A stretch of 32,250 nt of DNA from contig JAUPTR010000156.1 in the NCBI GenBank assembly GCA_030917985.1, forward strand, positions 1 through 32,250. Direction: 5' to 3'. Within the stretch, counting starts at the first letter, position 1. Each line of letters opens with the position of its first letter. A program made the position numbers and the translations under genes. The notes beneath the pieces are model-generated. The model had not been told where the DNA came from, made no database searches, and saw only the letters and a list, made by a program, of their open reading frames with translations. Positions 11,668 to 18,530 of the stretch are shown in pieces. Source of the stretch: Pseudomonadota bacterium. GTDB taxonomy: Bacteria; Pseudomonadota; Gammaproteobacteria; Burkholderiales; SCOH01.

Positions 11668-12439
11668 CGTGATCGCCGTTGGCCTCTCGCCCGCCGGGCT
11701 GGTGATGAGCCGCATCAACCGCCTGACGCGCCGTGAAAAGCGCCATCAGGCACTGCAGTTTCCCTGCAGCCTGACGCTGGCAGAGGCACTGGAACAGCTC
11801 GGGCAGCAGCTGGCGCAAGCAGAATGGCAAGCTGCCGCCGGCCTGCGGCTGGTGTTGTCCAACCACTGGCTGCGTTTTGCCGTGGTGCCCTGGAGCGAGC
11901 AGCTGGCCAGCCCGGCAGAGCGGCAGGCGCTGGCGCAAGGCCTGATCGAAGAGCTGTATGCAGAAAAAGCCAGCCGCTTTGTGATTCGCATCAGCGAATG
12001 CGGCTACGGCCGGCCGGGGCTCGCCGCAGCGCTGCCACAGGCAGAACTGCAACAACTGCAGGCACTGGCACAGCAACATGGTCTGGCGCTGCAATCGCTG
12101 CGCCCGCTGCTGATGGAAGCGTTTGCCCAGCAGCCACACAATTTGCGCGGCAATGACGGCGCGCTTGCCTGCCTCGAACCCGGTAAGCTCACCTTGCTGC
12201 TGCAGCAGAATGGCTGCTGGCAACAGGTGCTCAGCCGCAGCCTGGCCTTGCAGCAGCCCGGCGCATTGGCACCATTGCTGACACAAATGTTTGCCCAGCT
12301 CGAACAACTCCCGGCGCAAGTGCTGCTCGCCTGCCATGGCGTGGACAGCCGCCTGGATTCGGTTGCCGGTGTGCCGGTGCAGATGCTGGCGCCCGCCCCC
12401 AACTGGCCTGCGCCAGTGCTGCAAATGGCAGGAAGCTGA
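11648..12439 (+). CDS. Cytoplasmic assembly protein, PilM / GspL-cytoplasmic-domain-like (tentative)
   Basis: Position directly after gspE. No TM segment, about 263 aa. Start taken as the GTG at 11648 (20-nt overlap with gspE) rather than the ATG at 11597 (71-nt overlap). No diagnostic motif is visible by eye, so the assignment rests on gene order and size. Confidence 0.5.
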   Translation: MLRLSPDVIAVGLSPAGLVMSRINRLTRREKRHQALQFPCSLTLAEALEQLGQQLAQAEWQAAAGLRLVLSNHWLRFAVVPWSEQLASPAERQALAQGLIEELYAEKASRFVIRISECGYGRPGLAAALPQAELQQLQALAQQHGLALQSLRPLLMEAFAQQPHNLRGNDGALACLEPGKLTLLLQQNGCWQQVLSRSLALQQPGALAPLLTQMFAQLEQLPAQVLLACHGVDSRLDSVAGVPVQMLAPAPNWPAPVLQMAGS

Positions 12440-12440
12440 C

Positions 12441-12956
12441 ATGGCCCATCTCGATCTCGATTTTGTCCGCACATCGGCCCGCTGGCCGTGGCTGGGCGCC
12501 TGTCTGGCGCTGCTGGCGCTGTTGGCACTGGGCTGGGTCTGGCAACACGGCAACACGCTGGGGCAGCAAATCCGCCAGCTCGATACGCAGCTTGAGCACT
12601 CCCGGCAACAAGTGCGCGAACGCAACAAGCCGGTGGCGGCGGAAGATCCGCAACAACTGGCCGCCGCCTTTGCCCTGCGCCGCCAGTGGCGCACCGACTG
12701 GAATGTATTGTTCGAGGCGCTGGAGCAGGCACAGTTCAAGGGCATTGCGCTGCAGCAAATCGCGCCGGATGCGGCCAAGAGCCAGCTGAAACTGGCCGGC
12801 GAAGCCTTGTCTGAAGCCGATCTGCACGACTATCTGCGACGCCTGCAACAAACCGGCCGCCTGCGCGAGGCGGTGTTGAGCCAGAGCGGCATTGACGAAA
12901 CACAGCCACACAAGCCGATCCAGTTCCAGATTCAGGCCGAATGGGTGCAGCCATGA
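12441..12956 (+). CDS. Bitopic inner-membrane assembly protein, PilN-like (tentative)
   Basis: ATG at 12441, 1 nt after the upstream stop. Short cytoplasmic N-terminus, one TM (WPWLGACLALLALLALGWVW), a coiled-coil segment, then a periplasmic alpha/beta region. This is the PilN/GspL-periplasmic layout. Confidence 0.55.
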   Translation: MAHLDLDFVRTSARWPWLGACLALLALLALGWVWQHGNTLGQQIRQLDTQLEHSRQQVRERNKPVAAEDPQQLAAAFALRRQWRTDWNVLFEALEQAQFKGIALQQIAPDAAKSQLKLAGEALSEADLHDYLRRLQQTGRLREAVLSQSGIDETQPHKPIQFQIQAEWVQP

Positions 12957-13486
12957 GTCAACTGATCTGGATTCTGCAACACTGGCGTAGTTATCTCGGC
13001 GTAGTCGGCCTGGCGGGCTTTAGCTGCCTGTGTCTGGCACTGGTGCTGCTGCTGATGTGGCTGCAACCGCTGCGCCATCAGCAACACACATTGGCCCAGG
13101 ATCTGGCCGCGCTGCAGCGGCCAGACGTGCAAAATCAGCAAAGTGAACGCCAAAGCCTGCGGCTGGCCGATTTCTACCGGCAGTTTCCGCACCTCAACAG
13201 CGCGCCCGACTGGCTGGATCAGATCGACCAGAAGCTGCGCGCGCACAAACTGGTGCTGAAACAGGCCGATTACAAACTGGTGCGCGAACGCAACAGCCCG
13301 CTGCTGCGTTATCAGCTCAATCTGCCGGTGAGCGGCGATTATCTGGAAATCCGCGCCTGCCTGCAGGAACTGCAGCAGAGCATGCCGTTCCTGATCATTG
13401 AAGACGTGACATTGGAGCGCGACAGCACCACACAAACCGTGGTGCAGGCCAAGCTGCGCCTGAGCCTGATGTTTGGAGGCAGCTGA
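12953..13486 (+). CDS. Bitopic inner-membrane assembly protein, PilO/GspM-like (tentative)
   Basis: ATGA overlap with the upstream gene (12953-12956). One TM (YLGVVGLAGFSCLCLALVLLLMWL) followed by ~130 periplasmic aa. Size and topology match PilO/GspM. Confidence 0.5.
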   Translation: MSQLIWILQHWRSYLGVVGLAGFSCLCLALVLLLMWLQPLRHQQHTLAQDLAALQRPDVQNQQSERQSLRLADFYRQFPHLNSAPDWLDQIDQKLRAHKLVLKQADYKLVRERNSPLLRYQLNLPVSGDYLEIRACLQELQQSMPFLIIEDVTLERDSTTQTVVQAKLRLSLMFGGS

Positions 13487-14061
13487 TGCAGAGCAAGCGT
13501 ATCCTGCTGCCGGCACTGGCCATCACTGTCGCTTTGTCCTTGTGGGTAAGCCTGCGCCCGGCGCCCGAAGATGATGTGGAACTGGCACGGCCAAAACGGG
13601 CAGCCAGCACACCGGCCCAGCCGCCAGCCGAAAACCGCAAACCGGCCGGCAACACGGCAGCCAGCAACGCGCCACCGCCAGACAACAGCAATATGCCGCA
13701 GGAATGGCAACTACGGCATGAAGGTGCCAATGCCGCGCAGGTGAACCTGTTTGCCAGCAACACGCCGGCCGCGCCGGTGCTGGTGGATGGAGTGGAAGCC
13801 GGCAAGCCGGCAAAACCGGCCAAGGCGCCCCCGCCCCCGCCACCGATGGCACCACCGCTGCCGCTGCAGTATCTGGGGCGCATGCTCGACGGCAGTGTGG
13901 CGCAACTGTTTGTCAGCCATAACGGCGACAACCTCGCCTTAAAACCGGGCGACACCGTGGCCGGCAGTTACCGGCTTGACAGCATCCAGACCAACCGCGC
14001 GGTATTCACCTACATGCCGCTGAACCAGACGCAAACCATGATTTTCGGGGAACAGCCTTGA
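13486..14061 (+). CDS. Periplasmic Pro-rich linker protein, PilP/GspC-like (tentative)
   Basis: 1-nt overlap with the upstream stop. N-terminal signal/anchor (ILLPALAITVALSLWVSL), long Pro/Ala-rich linker (KPAKPAKAPPPPPPMAPPLP). C-terminal beta-rich module YLGRMLDGSVAQLFVSHNGDNLALKPGDTVAGSYRLDSIQTNRAVFTY, as in secretin-binding PilP/GspC HR domains. Confidence 0.45.
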   Translation: MQSKRILLPALAITVALSLWVSLRPAPEDDVELARPKRAASTPAQPPAENRKPAGNTAASNAPPPDNSNMPQEWQLRHEGANAAQVNLFASNTPAAPVLVDGVEAGKPAKPAKAPPPPPPMAPPLPLQYLGRMLDGSVAQLFVSHNGDNLALKPGDTVAGSYRLDSIQTNRAVFTYMPLNQTQTMIFGEQP

Positions 14062-16391
14062 AGCACACAAAACTGACAATATGCTGGGTGTTGATCGCCA
14101 GCCTGCTCGGGGGCTGCGCCAACGACCTCAAATATCGCGATGCCAAACGCCTGCAGGCCGAAAACAAGCCGGAAGAAGCGATGCAGGTACTGGAATCGCT
14201 GACCTTCGAATACCCACAGCACAGCGAATACAAATCGGCGCTGGCCACGCTGCAGGAGCGCCAGTCGAACCGCCTGCTGGCCGAGGCCGACAACTACCGC
14301 ATCACCGAAGATTTTGCCAACGCCGCCATCACCTATAACAAGGTGCTGAAGTTCCAGCCGGGCTCGCCACGCGCCCGTGCCGGCCTGGAAAACATCGAGC
14401 GCGACCGCCGCCATGCCAGGCTGCTGGCCGAAGCCGACACGGCCATGCGCAAAAAGGATTACGACGCAGCGCTCGACGAACTGAACCAGATACTCGACGA
14501 AAACCCGGCACACGCCAAGGCCAAAAGCCTGAAGCGACAGATCGACAACACCCGCAACCGCGAAGCCATCGCCAGCAGCCCGCTGAAAGCCGCACTGAAA
14601 AAGCCGATCACGCTGGAGTTCCGCAATGCACCGATCCAGTCGATTTTCGAGGTGATTTCGCGCAGCGCCGGGGTCAGCTTCATTTTTGACCGCGACTTGC
14701 GCAGCGACCTGAAAGCCACGTTGTTTGCCCGCAACACATCGGTGGAAGATGCCATCAATGTGCTGCTGGCCACCAATCAGCTGGAAAAGAAAATCCTCAA
14801 CGACTCCACCCTGCTGATCTACCCGAACCAGCCGGCAAAGCAGAAGGAATACCAGGATCTGGTGGTGAAGAGTTTCTACCTCGGCAACGCCGACCCGAAA
14901 CAGACACTCAACCTGATCAAGACCGTGGCCAAAACCCGCGATGTGTATATCGACGAACGCCTCAATATGCTGGTGATGCGCGATACGCCGGAAGCCATCC
15001 GGGTTGCCGAAAAACTCATCGCTGCGCAGGATCTGGCCGAGCCGGAAGTGGTGCTGGAAGTGGAAGTGCTGGAAGTGTCCACCGCCTTCCTGATGAACCT
15101 CGGCCCGCAGTTTACTGACAAAGTCAGCGTCAGCGTCAACCCCACCAGCAATGCCGACGGCAGCACCAGCAGCGGCAAGCTGACCTGGGATCAGGTAAAG
15201 AACTTCAACAGCGGTATGGTCAGCGTCAATGTCGGCGATCCGGCAGCGGTGTTCCACATGAAAAACACCACCGGCGACACCAATGTGCTGGCCAATCCGC
15301 GCATTCGGGTAAAAAGCCGCGAAAAAGCCAAGGTGCATGTGGGCGACAAGGTGCCGGTGATCACCACCACCACCAACGGCACCAGCGGTGCCATTTCCGA
15401 GAACATCAGCTACCTCGATGTGGGCGTGATGCTGGAAGTGGAACCGCAGGTGTATCTCGACAGCGATGTCGGCATCAAGGTGGGGCTGGAAGTCAGCAAC
15501 ATCGTCAAGGAAATCACCTCGAAAAACGGCCTGGTGGCCTATCAGGTGGGTTCGCGCAAGGCCAACACCGTGCTGCGCCTCAAAGACGGCGAAACCCAGG
15601 TGCTGGCCGGCCTGATCAGCAAGGTCGAGCGCGAAAATGCCGACCGCCTGCCCGGCCTCGGCAATATCCCCGGCCTGGGGCGCCTGTTCTCACGCGTCAG
15701 CAACGACAACTCCAAATCCGAGATCGTTTTGCTGATCACGCCGCGCATTGTGCGCACGCTGGCACTGCCGGCGGCGGCCGACAGCGAATTCATGTCCGGC
15801 ACCGAAGCCGATATCAGCACCCGGCCGCTGCGCCTCAAACCGGCGGCGGCGGTGGATGTGCGTGGTGCCGATGCCGGCAGTGGCACAGTGGCATCCGGCA
15901 TGCAGGCTGGCAGTACCGGCCAGTACATGAGCCCGCAACTGCTGCCACCGGAAAGCCCGCAACCGTTTAACCCGCCGCAAGCCGCTGCCGGCGCCACAGC
16001 GCTCAAGGTATCGCTCAGTTCGCCGCAGCGGGCGCGGGTTGGCAGCGAATTCAGCGTCAGCGTAATCGCTGAAGTCGATACCCCGGCATCTGCCGTGACA
16101 ACCGACGTGATCTATAACCCGGCTTATCTGGAAATGACCAGCGCACGCGCGGGTGACCTGAGCCGCAACGCACAGTTCGACAGCAAGAATGCCCCCGGCC
16201 GGGTGATGCTGAGTGTGCAGAAACAGGATGGCCTGCGTGGCCGCGGCCCGCTGGCCACGCTCACCTTCCGCGTCAAGGAAAAAACCAATCTGCCGCTGTG
16301 GCTGGGCATCGGCCAGGTACAGGCCAGCTCGCTGCAAGGCACCGAAATGCCGGTATCAGCGGCCGAGCCGCGCAGTCTGGAAGTGGAATGA
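14058..16391 (+). CDS. Outer-membrane secretin (GspD/PilQ family) lipoprotein with N-terminal TPR region and C-terminal cohesin-like domain
   Basis: TTG start at 14058 overlaps the upstream TGA. Lipobox LLGG|C (Cys20, nt 14115-14117), then TPR-like helical repeats aa ~25-170. N-domains: ITLEFRNAPIQSIFEVISRSAGVSFIFD...; VVKSFYLGNADPKQTLNLIK...LVMRDTPEAIRVAEKLI. Secretin core: VLEVEVLEVS...NVLANPRIRVKSREKAKVHVGDKVPVITTT...LPGLGNIPGLGRLF...SEIVLLITPRIV. A Pro/Ala linker precedes the cohesin-like module. Confidence 0.9.
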   Translation: MKHTKLTICWVLIASLLGGCANDLKYRDAKRLQAENKPEEAMQVLESLTFEYPQHSEYKSALATLQERQSNRLLAEADNYRITEDFANAAITYNKVLKFQPGSPRARAGLENIERDRRHARLLAEADTAMRKKDYDAALDELNQILDENPAHAKAKSLKRQIDNTRNREAIASSPLKAALKKPITLEFRNAPIQSIFEVISRSAGVSFIFDRDLRSDLKATLFARNTSVEDAINVLLATNQLEKKILNDSTLLIYPNQPAKQKEYQDLVVKSFYLGNADPKQTLNLIKTVAKTRDVYIDERLNMLVMRDTPEAIRVAEKLIAAQDLAEPEVVLEVEVLEVSTAFLMNLGPQFTDKVSVSVNPTSNADGSTSSGKLTWDQVKNFNSGMVSVNVGDPAAVFHMKNTTGDTNVLANPRIRVKSREKAKVHVGDKVPVITTTTNGTSGAISENISYLDVGVMLEVEPQVYLDSDVGIKVGLEVSNIVKEITSKNGLVAYQVGSRKANTVLRLKDGETQVLAGLISKVERENADRLPGLGNIPGLGRLFSRVSNDNSKSEIVLLITPRIVRTLALPAAADSEFMSGTEADISTRPLRLKPAAAVDVRGADAGSGTVASGMQAGSTGQYMSPQLLPPESPQPFNPPQAAAGATALKVSLSSPQRARVGSEFSVSVIAEVDTPASAVTTDVIYNPAYLEMTSARAGDLSRNAQFDSKNAPGRVMLSVQKQDGLRGRGPLATLTFRVKEKTNLPLWLGIGQVQASSLQGTEMPVSAAEPRSLEVE
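16000..16388 (+). other. Cohesin-like beta-sandwich module at the secretin C-terminus
   Basis: ALKVSLSSPQRARVGSEFSVSVIAEVDTPASAVTTDVIYNPAYLEMTSARAGDL...GRVMLSVQKQDG..GRGPLATLTFRVKEK. This follows the cohesin type-I pattern (V.V....G..F.V.V......A..F.L.YD...L). Confidence 0.6.
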
Positions 16392-16864
16392 CAGCGCCCC
16401 GGCCACGCGGCTTCACCCTGATCGAAATTCTGGTCACACTGGCGATTCTCGGCATTCTCGCCAGCATTGCCGTGCCACTGGTGCAGATCAACGCGCAACG
16501 CGCCAAAGAGGTAGAGCTGCGCGCCGCACTGCGCGAGATTCGCGGCGGTATCGATGCCTACAAACAGGCCGTGGACGATGGCCGGGTGCCCAAAGCCGCC
16601 GACGAAAGCGGGTATCCGAAAAAGCTGGAAGACCTGAGCAAGGGCGTGGAAGACCAGAAATCGCCGAGCAAGCAGAAAATCTACTTCCTGCGCCGCATCC
16701 CGCGTGATCCGATGGCACCCTCCGGCGGCAGCGATAGCGACAGCTGGGGCCAGCGCAGCTATAAAAGCCCGCCAGACGATCCCAAAAGCGGCGACGATGT
16801 CTACGACGTGTATTCACGCTCGGCGGCCAAAGGCCTCAACGGCGTACCCTACCGGGAATGGTAA
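16388..16864 (+). CDS. Pseudopilin with prepilin-type N-terminal cleavage/methylation site (GspG-like paralogue 1)
   Basis: ATGA overlap with the secretin stop. MTAPRPRG|FTLIEILVTLAILGILASIAVP. GspG-like helix AKEVELRAALREIRGGIDAYK. C-terminus ...DVYDVYSRSAAKGLNGVPYREW. Confidence 0.85.
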   Translation: MTAPRPRGFTLIEILVTLAILGILASIAVPLVQINAQRAKEVELRAALREIRGGIDAYKQAVDDGRVPKAADESGYPKKLEDLSKGVEDQKSPSKQKIYFLRRIPRDPMAPSGGSDSDSWGQRSYKSPPDDPKSGDDVYDVYSRSAAKGLNGVPYREW

Positions 16865-16866
16865 GC

Positions 16867-17247
16867 ATGCCAGATCCACGCAAAGCCGGTTTCACCCTGA
16901 TTGAACTGCTGGTGGTGATGGCCATCATCGCCACCCTGCTCACCATTGTTGCCCCCCGCTACATGGGCAGTATCGACCGCAGCAAGGAAACCGCACTCAA
17001 GGAAAACCTCAACACCCTGCGCCAGAGCATCGACAAATATTACGGCGACAACGGCCAGTATCCGGCCACGCTGGATGCGCTGGTCGAAAAACGCTACATC
17101 CGCCAGGTGCCGCTCGACCCGATCACCGAGCGTAACGACAGCTGGGTGACAAGCCCCCCGCCCGACAAGGATCAGACCGGTGTTTATGATGTACACAGCG
17201 GCGCCGCCGGCAAAGCCAGCGATGGACGGCCTTATGCGGAATGGTAA
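16867..17247 (+). CDS. Pseudopilin with prepilin-type N-terminal cleavage/methylation site (GspG-like paralogue 2)
   Basis: MPDPRKAG|FTLIELLVVMAIIATLLTIVAP; KETALKENLNTLRQSIDKYYGDNGQYPATLDAL; C-terminus GVYDVHSGAAGKASDGRPYAEW. The ATG at 16867 is preferred, but the in-frame ATG at 16858 is possible. Confidence 0.85.
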   Translation: MPDPRKAGFTLIELLVVMAIIATLLTIVAPRYMGSIDRSKETALKENLNTLRQSIDKYYGDNGQYPATLDALVEKRYIRQVPLDPITERNDSWVTSPPPDKDQTGVYDVHSGAAGKASDGRPYAEW

Positions 17248-17782
17248 ACACAAACAGCAGGGTGTCGCCTACCTCGGCCTGATGTTTGTGGTGCTGTTCA
17301 TGGGCATGATGGTTGGCACCTATATCGAAAGCTGGAGCACCACCGCCCAGCGCGAACGCGAAACCGCCCTGCTCTGGACCGGCAACGAATACCGCAAGGC
17401 GATCCGCAACTATTACGAACTCAGCCCCGGCGGCAACAAGCAATACCCGAAATCACTCGACGACCTGCTCGAAGACAAGCGTTTTGTCACCGTGCAGCGC
17501 CACCTGCGCCAGCGTTATCGCGATCCGCTAGGCAGCAAGGACGACTGGACGCTGATTACCGACGCCAACGGCCAGATCACCGGCGTCGCCAGCAGCTCGC
17601 CACGCAAACCACTGAAAATCGCCAACTTCAGCCCGGAAAACCAGGATTTCAAAGGCCGGCAACATTACAGCGACTGGAAATTTGTCTACACCCCAAGCGC
17701 CACCCAGACAGGCACACCCGGCACCCCGCCGGGCATCAATCCGGGCCAGCCACCCGGCCCTGCCCCGCAGCCGGGCAAATAG
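17234..17782 (+). CDS. Atypical pseudopilin-like protein (no Glu at +5) with a Pro/Gly-rich C-terminal tail
   Basis: Start chosen at MRNGKHKQQG|VAYLGLMFVVLFMGMMVGTYI (14-nt overlap with the upstream gene). It has the leader plus hydrophobic helix of a type IV pilin-like protein, but VAYLG replaces FTLxE. The tail is TGTPGTPPGINPGQPPGPAPQPGK. Confidence 0.6.
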   Translation: MRNGKHKQQGVAYLGLMFVVLFMGMMVGTYIESWSTTAQRERETALLWTGNEYRKAIRNYYELSPGGNKQYPKSLDDLLEDKRFVTVQRHLRQRYRDPLGSKDDWTLITDANGQITGVASSSPRKPLKIANFSPENQDFKGRQHYSDWKFVYTPSATQTGTPGTPPGINPGQPPGPAPQPGK

Positions 17783-17873
17783 CCTGCACAAATCGGCAGC
17801 CGGTGGCATAATGACTGCGGCATGAAAAATGCGCAGCAAAACACAATACAAAACAGAATACGAGGGAGCAACA

Positions 17874-18521
17874 ATGAAAGACGGTTACTGGCTGGTAGGG
17901 TTTCAATACGAAGTCACCGGCACGCTCTACAGCCTGGGGCGGATTCCGCAGTGCAAGGTGGCAATGCTCAAGCATCTGAAACCGGGTTCCAGAGTGCTGA
18001 TTGCCGGCGTCGGCCATGGCACCGAGGCAATCGAGGCAAGCAAGCTGGGCATGCACGTCACGGCAGTGGATCTGTCGAAAACCATGCTCGATCACCTGCA
18101 GAAACGCATCGACAAATACCAGCCGCCAACACCGATCCGCGTGGTGCATGACGACATTTTCAACATCAAGGATGTCGAGCAATACGATATGGTGATCGGC
18201 AACTTCTTCCTCAACGTGTTTGGCGAAAACATGGTGCAGAAGGTGGCCAACCATCTGGCGACGCTGGCCAAGCCGGGTGGCTATTTCGTTGTCGGCGATT
18301 TCATGTTGCCGGAAAAAGGCTGGCGCGGCTGGCTGCAGCGCCTCAACTGGTATGTCGCCATCGGCATCTACAGCGCCACCACCGAAGCGGAGCTGCACCC
18401 GGTGTGGAACTACGCCGGGCTGGTGGAAGGCAGCGGTTGCAAAGTACAGGAAATCCAGTATTTCCGCATCCTCGGCCTCAAGCTTTACTGGTCGATTCTC
18501 GGCAAGAAACCCGGTGGTTAA
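17874..18521 (+). CDS. Class I SAM-dependent methyltransferase
   Basis: GAGGGAG RBS 6 nt upstream of the ATG at 17874. Motif I VLIAGVGHGTE, acidic motif II TAVDLS, post-I/III DMVIGNFFLNVF...LAKPGGYFVVGDF. Confidence 0.8.
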   Translation: MKDGYWLVGFQYEVTGTLYSLGRIPQCKVAMLKHLKPGSRVLIAGVGHGTEAIEASKLGMHVTAVDLSKTMLDHLQKRIDKYQPPTPIRVVHDDIFNIKDVEQYDMVIGNFFLNVFGENMVQKVANHLATLAKPGGYFVVGDFMLPEKGWRGWLQRLNWYVAIGIYSATTEAELHPVWNYAGLVEGSGCKVQEIQYFRILGLKLYWSILGKKPGG

Positions 18522-18530
18522 ACCCACGCA

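Noticed and set aside
17874-18521. The methyltransferase as the missing prepilin peptidase/N-methyltransferase of the secretion cluster.
   Set aside because: It is a soluble class I Rossmann-fold MTase. It has none of the multiple TM segments or aspartyl-protease motifs of PilD/GspO.
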